DNA of 63,939 bases, counting the filler, from Sanchytrium tribonematis (Eukaryota): assembly GCA_018985235.1 (NCBI GenBank). It is 21 parts of 21 records of this genome, joined end to end, with 100 filler letters (N's around TTAATTAATTAA, not from the genome) between each part and the next. Parts side by side here need not be neighbours in the genome. Positions count along the whole stretch, not along the records: positions 20,523 to 22,005 come from JADGIG010001270.1; positions 22,106 to 23,584 come from JADGIG010001271.1; positions 23,685 to 25,153 come from JADGIG010001272.1; positions 25,254 to 26,717 come from JADGIG010001273.1; positions 26,818 to 28,278 come from JADGIG010001274.1; positions 28,379 to 29,839 come from JADGIG010001275.1; positions 29,940 to 31,399 come from JADGIG010001276.1; positions 31,500 to 32,957 come from JADGIG010001277.1; 13 more parts are not named here. The stretch is one strand, 5' to 3'. Made by a program: the position numbers and the translations under genes. Positions within the stretch are counted from its first letter, which is position 1, and each line of letters starts with the position of its first letter. Shown here piece by piece: positions 21,424 through 33,537 of this stretch. The notes below the pieces were generated by a model. It saw only the letters and a list, made by a program, of their open reading frames with translations, searched no databases and had not been told where the DNA came from.

Positions 21424-22005
21424 TTACAGTGGGACATTCAAATATTGACTTGATTTGGCAGCGATCTTACCTATGTTATTTGCATTTAATGAATCTGAAT
21501 AAATTTCAGAAGAATAATGGGCATCGGGTGACCAACAATCTGGATTACTTGAATTTGTAGCATGTGAGCGTGATTTATCAGATTTAAACATTGAATCTAC
21601 CGTACTAGTGGTCTCAATAGATTGAGAATTGATAGAATCAGCAGCAGGGATAATATTCCATTCCAAATCCACATTTTGTGAAAATGTCAAATCATCCATC
21701 AATCCCTTGTTATTATATGATCCCATGTAGTTGGTGTCTGTAGAGTTTGATGTAGATTTGTACTTAGTTGATATTTTGGAGAAGATAGTTGATAAATGAC
21801 TTGAAATGACTGATTCTGGTTTTCTCTTCAGCATTTGTTTATAAACAGCTATCAACAATAAGCAACAGAATAATAATACGGATGCAACAATGGTTATTAT
21901 CACAAATGTATTATTCTTTTGTGGCTCTTCTTCTGAAGTCGTATGGAATACTGGAGGCGACAAGGAGTAAGTTGTTGAATTTGTCAATGAATCTGTAGAA
22001 CTGGG
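21424..22005 (-). CDS. Single-pass membrane protein with Ser-rich tail, 5'-partial
   Basis: TM FVIITIVASVLLFCCLLLIAVY followed by K/R residues. Confidence 0.6.
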   Translation of the reverse strand, partial: PSSTDSLTNSTTYSLSPPVFHTTSEEEPQKNNTFVIITIVASVLLFCCLLLIAVYKQMLKRKPESVISSHLSTIFSKISTKYKSTSNSTDTNYMGSYNNKGLMDDLTFSQNVDLEWNIIPAADSINSQSIETTSTVDSMFKSDKSRSHATNSSNPDCWSPDAHYSSEIYSDSLNANNIGKIAAKSSQYLNVPL

Positions 22006-22281
22006 NNNNNNNNNNNNNNNNNNNNNNNNNNNNNNNNNNNNNNNNNNNNTTAATTAATTAANNNNNNNNNNNNNNNNNNNNNNNNNNNNNNNNNNNNNNN
22101 NNNNNAAGAGATTTGTGGATCATTTAAACAGTAATAAGCCACCTATTCCTATTGAATTTGATGTTGAATTATATCCAGATATGACTTATAATGCTGAATT
22201 CCATCAGAAATATTTGGTAGAGGCAATTGAAAGAGAAACACTCTGGCCTACAACAAAAAATATTGCTATGCGTCTAAAATC

Positions 22282-23163
22282 TTGATTGAAAATTATTGTC
22301 CGATTATTTTTAAGCATTCAAATTCAATAGGAATCACAAATACAGACTCAAGAACCTTATTTTGGACTAAAATTGGATTATACTTATCCATCTTCTTCAC
22401 ACTAGGGTCATTTGCCACTTCTATTTATGGATGTAAGATTAATGATACTATTTGGGCAGCTGGTTTTGCTATAGGCTCAACAATCTGTGCCGGAGCGGCC
22501 TATAAATTTGATACAAGTTTGAGTTCCCAAAAAAGAGTCATGGAAGAATTAGCACAAAGAGGACAAGCACCAGTAGCAAATATCATGGAAAGAAACAAAT
22601 ATTGGATTTTGTCAATGACACCGCGTCAAATTGACGAAAATTACAGGAATGCATTTTTAAATGCTGATTTAGTCGAATTTGGTCGAATTTATTCATCCGC
22701 AGTTCTTAAAATGTACCACTCCTCTCATTTGTCATCAGAAATGGCATATTACACGCTATTCAATATTTGGTTGACACCTCAATTTGAAACACAATTTGAA
22801 TCTATTGCTAAATTGGTATTTCCAGCTGCCCGACCAAATAGAAACGAATTAATTGCGACTATTGAAAAATACAAAGCAGTGGAATTCAAATTAAGATCCC
22901 CTTTAAAATCCATATTTTTATATTTTAAAGCAAATGAGTGGGAAATTCCTCAAGAATTGGCTCATTTTGAGTCAGGTAGCGAAGTAAATGACTGTGTCAT
23001 GTGTCAATATCCGATGGATGATTTAAAAATAGCACAAAGACTGGCGTGTGGCAATTTGATGCATCAAAATTGTTTAACTGAATATGAGCTACGAAATGAT
23101 TCAAAATGTCCTTTTTGTAGTAAAAAACATGATATAACACCCTTTGCACTTATGCATGGATGA
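22282..23163 (+). CDS. RING-finger protein with two TMs (start uncertain)
   Basis: C-terminal CVMC...CGN.MH.NC...CPFC. No in-frame ATG precedes the TMs, and an upstream open frame (22106-22285) may be an exon. Confidence 0.7.
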   Translation: MIENYCPIIFKHSNSIGITNTDSRTLFWTKIGLYLSIFFTLGSFATSIYGCKINDTIWAAGFAIGSTICAGAAYKFDTSLSSQKRVMEELAQRGQAPVANIMERNKYWILSMTPRQIDENYRNAFLNADLVEFGRIYSSAVLKMYHSSHLSSEMAYYTLFNIWLTPQFETQFESIAKLVFPAARPNRNELIATIEKYKAVEFKLRSPLKSIFLYFKANEWEIPQELAHFESGSEVNDCVMCQYPMDDLKIAQRLACGNLMHQNCLTEYELRNDSKCPFCSKKHDITPFALMHG

Positions 23164-23188
23164 AATGAATAAATAACAAAGTCACTTT

Positions 23189-23584
23189 TTAATGTTTTAC
23201 TTTATAAATAATCTCAAAGAATTGCAATAAACTTCCAATTAGAAAGAACCAACTGCCTAGATAACTAGTCAATGCAACGCCATCCATTGTAAAAAATCCA
23301 ATAAATCCACTAATGAAAAATCCAACACTTCCCAAAATATTGAAGAATCCAATATACCATCCCAAACTCGTCAATTTAATATGCCACCAAGTGTCCTGTA
23401 CTTCAAACATGATACATAATGAACTGAGTATCAAAAATAAGGCACCAATGACTTGTGGGAGCCAATATAACAAATATAAGATTATTTCATTTTCTACTTG
23501 TAAAATGCCAACAATTGGACCAATTCCAAAGACGATAGTCCCAATAAATTGTAATACACTTGCAGCATATCCTAATTCATGCAT
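23189..23584 (-). CDS. Multi-pass membrane protein (YrhK-like repeats), 5'-partial
   Basis: Repeated Q/N-x-I/L-G-x-x-F...S TM motif (QFIGTIVF, QVIGALF, NILGSVGF, SYLGSWFF). Confidence 0.6.
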   Translation of the reverse strand: MHELGYAASVLQFIGTIVFGIGPIVGILQVENEIILYLLYWLPQVIGALFLILSSLCIMFEVQDTWWHIKLTSLGWYIGFFNILGSVGFFISGFIGFFTMDGVALTSYLGSWFFLIGSLLQFFEIIYKVKH

Positions 23585-23684
23585 NNNNNNNNNNNNNNNN
23601 NNNNNNNNNNNNNNNNNNNNNNNNNNNNTTAATTAATTAANNNNNNNNNNNNNNNNNNNNNNNNNNNNNNNNNNNNNNNNNNNN

Positions 23685-25147
23685 CCTCTATTATAAAGGT
23701 TTGGAATATAAATGATTTATCCTTGCCCGTTCACAGTATCAAAGTCCAAGAGCCAATCTATGAATTGCACCAAGGTGATAATAAGATAATCGCCGTGACT
23801 CAGTTCCAAAATTTTTTGGAGTTTAATTCTGATACCTTTGCACTGACTAAAAATTTAGTTGGGCACAATGATGAAATAACTCAAGTTGGATTCCTAGAAG
23901 ACGCTATCTTAGTAATTAGTAACAGCGCCAGCTTTCGAATATACTGTGACAATCTATCATATTTAATTAAAGCGCATGAAGATTTAATAACTTGTTTTGA
24001 CGTGATAAATAATTCAATTATAAGTGGCTCTAAAGATTCCGTATTGAAGCTTTGGAAATACAATGGCAGTGGAAGGATGATTTTTGAGGAAAAAAGTTTT
24101 ACCGGTCATGTCGGTCCTATCACATCTTGCTGTTTTAATTCCGATTCGAAATCTATTTGCAGTGTTTCAGGAGACTTAACATTGAAGAAATGGTCTAATG
24201 ATGGCCACTGTACGTTTACTGTCAAGGCTCATGATATGGATATTAATTGCGTCAAAATTTCGCCAAACAGTGAAATCATTGCAACGGCTTCAAGAGATAA
24301 AACAATTAAGCTCTGGGATTTTAGGTCAGGAGCATCCAAGGGTCGTTTGTCTGGTCACAAAAGATCTGTGTGTTGCTGCAATTTTTCGAAAGACGAACGC
24401 TTACTAGTCTCCAGTAGTGCTGACGCCACTCTGAGGCTATGGTCTTTGTCAGAAAAATCTTGTATCAGAACCATTGAGGCACATAGTCAATCTGCTCTTT
24501 ATGTCAATTTCTTTAATTGTTCATCACAATTAATTTCCAGTTGTTCTAATGGAACTCTTAAAATATGGGACAAATCTTCTGGTAACGAACTATCGACTAT
24601 AGAAGGGCACGAGGGTAAGGTCTGGAGTGTTGATGTTAAAAATGATGGCGAACAAATTGTTAGTGGCTCAACTGATTCCACGATTCGTTTCTACACTGAT
24701 AATACTCTTAAGTATCAGGAAGAGCAATTGAAAATACTTGAAAAAAGTATCGAAGCAGATCAATTGGTGCAAAATTTAGCAAGAAATGGAGAGTTTTTGA
24801 AGGCGCTTGACTACTGCAAGGAGCTTAAGATGCCTTCAAAATTTATTAAAATTTTTAAAGAGGCTTACAAAAAAGATGAAAGTGTCGGAAGAAAACTGTC
24901 ACATTTAGACTTGAGCGAGTTTTATTCAAAATGGCTCATGTTCCATAAAACTCATTTTTATGGTCAAATTCTAATCGCAGAATTTATACTAAATCAAAAT
25001 TTAGATGTGACTGACTTAATAGAACCTACAATGAAAGAGTTTGCCAGAGTCGACAATCTAATGGTTGATTCTCAAGTTTTAAATCTGATTGCTACACAAA
25101 GTGCTCCATTATGTCAGAAGCAGGCGAAAAAGTTTAATAAATTTTGA
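23685..25147 (+). CDS. UTP13: WD40 U3 snoRNP protein Utp13/TBL3, 5'-partial
   Basis: Multiple WD40 repeats including AHD.DIN.V.ISPN..IIATAS.DKT.KLW, GHKR and GHEGKVW, plus a Utp13-like C-terminus (Q.VQN..R.G.F.KA...P). Confidence 0.85.
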
Positions 25148-25369
25148 GGTGATNNNNNNNNNNNNNNNNNNNNNNNNNNNNNNNNNNNNNNNNNNNNTTA
25201 ATTAATTAANNNNNNNNNNNNNNNNNNNNNNNNNNNNNNNNNNNNNNNNNNNNGATTTCATTTATTTTGACTTGGATAGTCGCATTTCTAATTGGTAGAA
25301 AACAAAGATTGAACAATAGATTACCTGACAATGATCTACAAAATACGGAATAGAGTAAATAAATGCATT

Positions 25370-25963
25370 TTATTTGACATGACGCACATTAAATCCAAAT
25401 AATTTAACTTTATATTTCTCTACGGTTTTTAATCTAAATTTTGCAAAATTATCAGGATAAGTCAACATTAACATTTTAGGGAAACTAGTGCCAAAATACG
25501 CACCATCTACTTGTAATAAATCAGGGTTTTGTTGATCATACACATCATCGCAACATGGGCAATAAATTCGCACTTTTGATTGAAATGGAATATCTGTTTC
25601 TCCAATTGGCAGTACATTTTGATTACATTTCAGTCTAGGACACTTTCCAAATTCTCCTTTTTTGTATTTATCCATCATTTTATGCAATCCAAAGCGAGAT
25701 AGAACATATCTGGCATGAATTAGCCCGTAAACGTGTCCTGCTTCTCGCTGTAGATCATCATTCTCTGTCTGATCCGTAATGACTTGTATACTTTCCATTA
25801 AATAGTCTGTATACGTCGGGAGACCTGTTAAATTAAATCTATCAACAATATAATCGTGATCTACATAGCAATAAAATTTAGACTGCTTTAATGCAAGAAA
25901 CCAATCTATCCATTGAGTGGAAGAGGAGCCAGAGGAAGTATCCGATGCGCCAAATGCCAACAT
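25370..25963 (-). CDS. Casein kinase II regulatory beta subunit
   Basis: WI.WF, DYI.DRFNLTGL, YGLIHARY, FG.CPR..C, YCP.C.DVY and DGAYFGTSFP. Confidence 0.95.
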   Translation of the reverse strand: MLAFGASDTSSGSSSTQWIDWFLALKQSKFYCYVDHDYIVDRFNLTGLPTYTDYLMESIQVITDQTENDDLQREAGHVYGLIHARYVLSRFGLHKMMDKYKKGEFGKCPRLKCNQNVLPIGETDIPFQSKVRIYCPCCDDVYDQQNPDLLQVDGAYFGTSFPKMLMLTYPDNFAKFRLKTVEKYKVKLFGFNVRHVK

Positions 25964-26518
25964 GTTTGGACGATTTCAAGGAGTTGATTCGCAAATTTGT
26001 GATTGGAAATTGACGTCGCACTAGAAATGACAACGTCGTCACAAACAAACCAGTGACGAAATAAACTTGAAATGAATATATTCGACATGTCATATTCGTA
26101 ATTCATGGCAATATGGCGAAATTAATAAAAGTCACGCACTAATCAGTGCTTATCAGTCAAATAATAAACCAAACACGCTAATTAATAAGTAATGATCAGA
26201 TTTCAGAGCCTTCTTGCTTGACTTACAACCTACGAGTCTGAAAGAAAGCCATGTGGTAATAGGCGTGATTATTACGCGCGTATGATAACCCCCGTCTTTT
26301 CAAGATAACAACTGATAAAAGTAGAAATTCGGCTATAAAATCAGATCGAGTGTAGATATTGGAAAGAGATTGATCGCGGCTTGTCAATTAGAGGCAAACA
26401 TTACATTTCAAGCATCAAATCAGCGTCCTTCATTTAGGGATGTGAAAAAAAATCAGATCGAAGATTTCATACAAATTAACATCACGAACCCTCTCGCCCT
26501 CAAAACATATTTGAACCC

Positions 26519-26717
26519 ATGGATCTCGACAGAATTTTGAATGAAGAGCCTACTATCAGTCCCGCACAGCTACTATCCCTTGGAATATGTCCAATATGTC
26601 AAAAGCAGTTAGCGGATAAATCTTCATGCCAGCGACACATAAAGCTAGTGCATAGCCCACCTTTACCCTGCTTATATTGTCATAGAAAGATTAAATTTAA
26701 AGGCAGGATAGACTTAC
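26519..26717 (+). CDS. C2H2 zinc-finger protein, 3'-partial
   Basis: CPICQK...RHIKLVH, then CLYC. Confidence 0.65.
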
Positions 26718-26817
26718 NNNNNNNNNNNNNNNNNNNNNNNNNNNNNNNNNNNNNNNNNNNNTTAATTAATTAANNNNNNNNNNNNNNNNNNNNNNNNNNN
26801 NNNNNNNNNNNNNNNNN

Positions 26818-28278
26818 AGCATCTTAATTGTTGACAGTCTCAAGAATGCAAAAAAGATTGCTTTTGAATTAAATGAAAGAGAAAAATTAGTCACTCTTAC
26901 AGGGGAAATCATTTACAAAAATGGATCAATGAGCGGCGGATCTTTAAATGAAAAATCCAAATTTACAAAGTCGCAAATTGAAAAACTTCAAGCAGAAAAA
27001 TCCAAAATTTTAAAGGCCATTCAGTCATTAGCAGATAAAAAGGACGAATTACATTTAAAGGAATTGGATGACGAAATCAAAACCATCAACGTCCATTTGG
27101 ATAGAAACAACGAAGCCATCTTAAAAGCTAATGAAGATCAAAAAGAATTTCAAAAGCTAATATCCAGTTACAAGAATTATTTAGAATCTCAAGATAACAC
27201 CTATGAAGACTTCATGCAACAGGTAGGGCTAGCAAAAGAACTTTATCAGGACTCACTCTCAAAACTTAGAGAATTCGAAAAAAAGCATTACAAACCGTTA
27301 CTTGATCTTACTAGGTGCAAATCCATTCAAGAATATGAAGAATGTGAAGTGGCAATATCGAACAACAAGTTAATTGAGTTTGAAAATAAGGAGAAAGAAC
27401 TAATCGAAATCCATAAGGAAAAAGATTTAGTAGTTCAAAAAATTGAGCTCGATGGTAAAAAATTGATTTTGATTGAAAAATCCTTACAAGACTCAATACA
27501 AACAAGATCGGAAATTTCTATTGAGCTTAAGCATCTTACAAAGTTATGCGATAGCATCAAAAAGAAACTTGATGATTTATATACTAAATACGTAGCTGAA
27601 TTAAAAAAATCAGTTGCCAATTACGATGATGAAATGCAGCTTCATCTTGAGAATTCAAAAAAATGTGCAAAGCTCTTGTCCAAGAAGAAAGATGAAATTA
27701 GAAAGTTACTGAATAATAAAGCGAGGCTGTTTGATAGGAAAGCATCGGAAGTCAGAATGTGTAAAATTAAAGATGTTGATGTAGAATTAGTGGACCAAGA
27801 TATGAAAGAAGCTGTAAATACACAAATGATTGTCGGCGAAGTCAATTTAGATAATGATAACACATTAACTGAGGAAACAAAACAACTAGGACAAATTCAA
27901 ATTGATTATGAAGTTCTTGACATAAAGTATCGGGAAAATTCTGGTGCTGAGATTGAAATTGAACTAGAAAACGACATCAAAAAAATTGAAGCCGAAATGG
28001 AGACACTTGGAAACTTTCACCACGTTCAAGAAAAATTGCAAGAAGTCGAATCTAAATTGAAATTATCCGAGAAGGATTTTAATCGTTCAAAGAAAGACGC
28101 GAGATCCACGAAGCAAGACTTCATGGAAGTAAAGAAGAGTAGGGTAGGAAAATTTATGGAGGCCTTTTCTGTGATGTCAGACAACATTGATCATATTTAC
28201 AAGCAGTTAACTGCCAGCAGATCGCTGGAAAGCGGCGGAACTGCATATTTGACACTAGATGACAATGAAGAACCTTAC
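26818..28278 (+). CDS. SMC1: Cohesin subunit Smc1, internal fragment
   Basis: Hinge end VTLTGEII.KNGSMSGG, a coiled coil, ID.IYK.LT and GGTAYL.LD..EEPY. The frame is open across the whole contig. Confidence 0.9.
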
Positions 28279-28862
28279 NNNNNNNNNNNNNNNNNNNNNN
28301 NNNNNNNNNNNNNNNNNNNNNNTTAATTAATTAANNNNNNNNNNNNNNNNNNNNNNNNNNNNNNNNNNNNNNNNNNNNCTTGAAGAACGCGTATTAAAAT
28401 CATTAGAATCAAGCCACTTTGTTTCATAATTTGGCGTGATGTGTCAATACATTGTGAGTGAATCAAATTAAATAATTTTTAAATTTGAAGTAATCAGTTG
28501 AAAATCAATTGAATATCAACATAATTTAAGAATCAAAAACAAGCTAGTTAGTTAGTATCTATAGTAAAATCAATGCAGCTCCACAAAATCATACCAGTCA
28601 TCTCAGAAAGTATCTACTCTCGATTATAAAGACCAATTAGTTTAAATGAGTATAAGATCAGGCAAGTTGATACAAATGGCTTTGAAGAAAAACTCCCCTT
28701 TTATAAAAAAATTATATTTTTTTCATAACTTTGTTTATTGTCCGGGTAAACACACTGTGATTGACTATTCATAACCCCATGTTCACGACGTTGACACAGC
28801 TGATGGCCAATCACGTTACCCTGTTTCTATTTGGATTCAAAAAAACCGACTCCCAGGATGCT

Positions 28863-29766
28863 TTATTCACCGTTATTTCTCACAACTTTGACCATACGCT
28901 CTTTAAAAGAGTCCGCCAATTTTTTTAAAGTCTCTTCTGGAAAATTTTGCCACTCTTTGATAAAGATATTTTCCAATTCGTCAATAGACCCTGGAAAATC
29001 TATTTTTGAAAGCTTATTATGTATCAGCGCCCAGACATCCTCAATTGGATTAAGGTCTGGCGAGCACGCTGGCCACTCTAATTACTTGATTCCTTTAGAA
29101 ATGAGCCAATCAGATATGGACTTTGCACGATAAATTGGAGCAGGCTCAAAAATACCTTTAGATGCATTTAATTCGGGCACAAGTTGCTTTTGCAATAAAA
29201 TTGATAATCAACCATCAATGGTTGCTAATGAACCTTTACCTTGTTATGAGAAACAGCCCCAAAACATGCAACCTTTAATAAGCTTCTGCAATCTAGCTAA
29301 AAACACATCGGATCGCTTCACATTCGAATAATAGTACTTTACACTGTCAAATTCAGCCAAACGAACCATTTTCTCGTCCCTAAAAATGATCCGTCGGGAA
29401 AATTCTGAATCCTTATCAATTGCAGCAAGCATTTTTTTGCCAAAATTATATCTCGCAACCTTGTGATGTTCTTTAAAAACAATTCCAGTTGGTCTTTGAC
29501 GTTTACAAATCCATTTTCTTTCATAAAACGCCACAAAGTTGAACGTGAATAATCCGCTTTTAACCCATTTAAGATAGTTTTGAAAACTCTTGAATATTCT
29601 TTTTTATTTGAAGCATTTCGCGACCCTGTATTTTACCTTTAAAGTGCTTTACTTTGGGTGGCAAATTTGCCACTTTTCTATATTTTTTTAAAAAGCTACG
29701 TACTTGATCACGAGTTAGTCCCAAAGTCTTACTGATTACTATAGGCTGTTTATCATTTGTATCCAT
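28863..29766 (-). mobile_element. Degenerate Tc1/mariner-IS630 transposase (pseudogene)
   Basis: HTH fragments (SRSTLWRFMKENG), IIFRDEK, MFWGCFS and WPACSPDLNPIEDVW, spread over several frames with stops. Confidence 0.88.
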
Positions 29767-29939
29767 GTCGCACGCACGCTAGAGAGAATGTATTTATTGA
29801 GGGCCTTTAATAAGCCACCCCGATGCTGTAAACTCATTGNNNNNNNNNNNNNNNNNNNNNNNNNNNNNNNNNNNNNNNNNNNNTTAATTAATTAANNNNN
29901 NNNNNNNNNNNNNNNNNNNNNNNNNNNNNNNNNNNNNNN

Positions 29940-31365
29940 GCCAACCAATTTTCTATTGTGTATCAAAGGACATGCCCGTAAGGCAGTGCATTTAGCAGGA
30001 ATTTGGGAAAATTATACGGTTACTACACAGATTGAAGTAACTAATGAAGAAGGTGAAAAAGGTCTACAAGATCAAGTTCACACTTTCAAACGCGTCTCTT
30101 ATTCTCAAACCAAAGCAGCTCTTGTTGACAAATACTTGACAAAAAGTATGTATTTAGAGTTGTATCGACGTTGTTCAACTATGAGAATGAAGAATCAAAC
30201 TGTGAATAGTTATGAACAGTATGCATTTGAAATTTTTGAGGCATTGGACTCATTTGACAAGTTATTGAAACACAAAGAAGAATTGAAAAATGAGAATACA
30301 AAAAGAATCAGTGTAACTCAAGAGAGTTTACGCAATGCCTTTATCAATGGATTACCGGACTACATTAAGGACCAACTGATGTTAAATTTGCCACCCAAAT
30401 TTGAGGATATCATTTCCATGGCCCAGAAGATTCAAGACAATCTTGGTGACTCAAAAAATAAAGATCAACCAAAACAATACAATATGGAGAAACAAAACTT
30501 TAGAAAAACAAAAGAAAAAACAGAAAAACCAAAAGAAACCGATGAAGAACCAAAATGCTATTATTGCAAGAAGAAGGGACACCTGAAGAGAGACTGTCCA
30601 AAATTGATTAACAAAAACAAACAACACAACAAGAAAGAAGATCCAATGGAGATGGATTTGGTACAGTCCACTGTAAATAGCATTATTGCGCAAACAACTC
30701 GACCAAATTTATTAGTGAAAATCCAGGATCAAGAATTTAAGGCTTTATTAGACACAGGAAGCCCTGTATCTTTCATTTCCGGTACAAAAATATCTAAATT
30801 AAAAGATGTAGATATGAGTGACTGTACCAGACCATTCTTGGGTTTTGGTGGAAATGAAGTTTTAGTCAAACATGAATGTAAAATTAAAATGGAATTAACT
30901 GGTTTCAGTCCCACCTTGCATTCTACAAGGAAACTGTATGTGGCTGATAACATGAAAGTGGATCTATTATTAGGAACTGATTTTATGGAGAGTATGCAAA
31001 TCAATATTGATTTGGCAAATAAGGAAATCAAATATGCTGATTTCAGTTACAAGTATGGAACACCAACTCATCTGATTCCCTCTCTAGAAATGGACGATGA
31101 TGATGATAAATTACAGATTTTAAATGTGCAGGAGGAGACAAATTTAGAATCCGATTCTGATGGTGAAAATAAATTACCACCAGAACCAATTATTCCTGCC
31201 AGCCCTTGTTTTGATAAGAAACAATTACAAGCATTCAAGACAATGGTAACAGAGTACCAGAAATTTATCGAACGGAAACCAACATACATCAAGGATTACA
31301 TTTTTACAAATGAAGAAGAAGAAGAAGAAGAAGATTTATTAAAGGGATTCTCAATTAGTCAATGA
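29940..31365 (+). mobile_element. Ty3/Gypsy-type LTR retrotransposon gag-protease fragment
   Basis: AFINGLP, CCHC knuckle CYYCKKKGHLKRDC, DPMEMD, aspartic protease ALLDTGS and LLGTDF. It stops before the RT. Confidence 0.85.
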
Positions 31366-31499
31366 CTATTTTGAATACCTGATAACAATCAATGTAAATN
31401 NNNNNNNNNNNNNNNNNNNNNNNNNNNNNNNNNNNNNNNNNNNTTAATTAATTAANNNNNNNNNNNNNNNNNNNNNNNNNNNNNNNNNNNNNNNNNNNN

Positions 31500-31812
31500 C
31501 ATGTTCATGTACTCTTAAGAATTCTGACTTTTGCAAATCAGTCAGACTATCTAAATAGCCTTCTTTTTTAGATAATCCAATAAATATATCATGTAGACGC
31601 TTAATTTTGATATATTCATCTACGTTATAAAATTCGTATTCGTATATCATATTCCATTGCTCCACGGGATTAGACTCTTCTACTATAACATCAACTTCTG
31701 GCCATCGAGCATTTCCTATTAAGCAATGAACAAATGGCAAATTCACAAACAGCATACCCCTTATTTTTGACAGCGTGCTTTTGTATTTTGAAGTGTGACC
31801 CATGTTGTACAA
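31500..31812 (-). CDS. Hypothetical protein, 3'-partial
   Basis: Open frame to the contig end; no recognised motif. Confidence 0.35.
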
Positions 31813-31929
31813 TGTTGTTGTGATTGGAATGCAATGTCGTCATTTGTAGATTGTCAAATTAATGACACAGAACATTTCAACGAATCAAATTCAATCATAC
31901 AAATTGCAAAAGTAGTCACAAATATTCAA

Positions 31930-32493
31930 TTATAGATTCAATTTATTGTTATATATCATATTGTCATGTCTGCTCGCATGTATAATCCCATTTTGTATCC
32001 AATAATCCACTAATTTCAATATTTCAGATTTACTATAAAAATACAATATTTCCAATTCTTCTAAATAAATCAAATCTCGTTTTTGAATATATTCTACAAC
32101 ATCATTCACATCACCCTTTAATTCCATTTTGATTTCTAATAATTTACGACTCATTTCTTGATTTAGTTGCCATTCTTTATCTTTTGGAGAAGTTGCCAAT
32201 TCTTTTTGTCGTTTTAATTCTAATTGAGCATCTTGATCTTGTAATTCTCTATTCCGTTGTTCTCTCAAATGCCTCATGTATTCTTTATACTCTTGTTTTT
32301 GTTTTCTTCTTTTTGCTTTTTTAGATCCATATAATTTATTACCTGTTGCTTCTATTTCTTCATCATTCTCTTCTATTTCACCATCATTTTCTAGTTCCAT
32401 GGGTTCTTTTTTATTGAAATAAATGAGTAAAAGAATGAGAATTAATGAAAATATTAAAATAACTGGTAAAAAAATGATGATTTGCCAAAACAT
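31930..32493 (-). CDS. DDRGK1/UFBP1-like ER membrane protein
   Basis: N-terminal TM, acidic patch, G.KK.KR coiled coil and a C-terminal winged-helix-like block (V.YIQKR..I.LEEL...NGII). The DDRGK motif itself is degenerate. Confidence 0.6.
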   Translation of the reverse strand: MFWQIIIFLPVILIFSLILILLLIYFNKKEPMELENDGEIEENDEEIEATGNKLYGSKKAKRRKQKQEYKEYMRHLREQRNRELQDQDAQLELKRQKELATSPKDKEWQLNQEMSRKLLEIKMELKGDVNDVVEYIQKRDLIYLEELEILYFYSKSEILKLVDYWIQNGIIHASRHDNMIYNNKLNL

Positions 32494-32515
32494 GGTTACA
32501 AAAAATATAATTGAT

Positions 32516-32957
32516 TTACATGTTTATTGAATTTTGAAGCAGTTGCCTCACATGAGTCGCATTTCTTCCAAATAATGCAGCTTTTAATTGTACATTAAAT
32601 CCAATATATTCTATATATTCAGGCTCGATCCTTTTTCGCTTTCCCAAATCTACTTTTGAATCTTCAAAGTAATTCAACAGATATCCAAATGTGACCAGAT
32701 CCATGTACAATTTATCATCCTCAATGGAATGAATTAAATTGAAAAATGCTTTCTTATTTTGAAGCATCGAAATGTGAACATTCGAATATTTTCTACCCAC
32801 AATTGCCAAATAAAATCCGTAACTATCCATAAAGTCGTAAGTTGTCGCACCGAATGCAGTATTTTGAAAGTTAACTTGTTTTTTAATAGCATTGTACTGG
32901 AATTCAGAGTATGAAGATTCAAAATCTCCGTTCCAGAATAAATACAAAAAGGCATTA
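32516..32957 (-). CDS. Hypothetical protein, 5'-partial
   Basis: Open frame of more than 140 codons from the contig edge. Confidence 0.5.
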
Positions 32958-33189
32958 NNNNNNNNNNNNNNNNNNNNNNNNNNNNNNNNNNNNNNNNNNN
33001 NTTAATTAATTAANNNNNNNNNNNNNNNNNNNNNNNNNNNNNNNNNNNNNNNNNNNNTTGTAGGTACAGCTCAAAGATATGTGAACGACAATGGTAAAAC
33101 GAGGTTTCTTATCTGACGCTAATAAATTTATAATAATTCTGTTAAATTAGTTGAATTGCTGGATATAACGAGTTTATAGAATGCACTCA

Positions 33190-33506
33190 ATTTTCAGAAT
33201 CCAATGATTTCCAATTTCAAGGCATTTCACTCGTCATTTTACTCACAATTGGATTCTTTTGTGGTCAAGTATTTGGATTTATTGGTATTTCAAATGTTCC
33301 TGCTACGGTCACCACATTAATCAAAAATATGGATATTTGGAATTGTCATTTTTAAAGAATCTTTGCAATGGAATACAATTGCGGGATGTATTTTAGTATT
33401 TATTGTGACTATTTTATTAGTCATTGAGAACATTTATCAGACTAGAGTAGAAAATGAACGAGAAAGAGAAAATAGCAACAAAACAGTCTTGAATGAAACA
33501 TTTTGA
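33190..33506 (+). pseudogene. Frameshifted remnant of an EamA/DMT (SLC35G-like) transporter C-terminus
   Basis: Frame 1 reads ...GFFCGQVFGFIGISNVPATVTTLIKNMDI; frame 2 reads IFGIVIFKESLQWNTIAGCILVFIV... The joining segment is deleted and there are stops upstream. Confidence 0.5.
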
Positions 33507-33537
33507 ATAAATTTTTTTGAATCATTTATTTCTCAGG

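Noticed and set aside
22106..22330. Tiny intron or TGA readthrough joining the upstream frame to the RING ORF
   Set aside because: The 17-nt GT-AG at 22298-22314 lies after the stop. Longer options (59 or 98 nt) fit the frame but cannot be distinguished without cDNA.
25964..26518. GATA-like and TCAGATCGA repeats in a long divergent spacer; possible ncRNA
   Set aside because: Short motifs like these are expected in AT-rich DNA. No tRNA, snRNA or rRNA structure was recognisable.
28740..29839. Terminal inverted repeats for the Tc1-like element
   Set aside because: The candidate ends (CACAGCTG near 28795 and GCTGTA near 29825) match over only a few bases.
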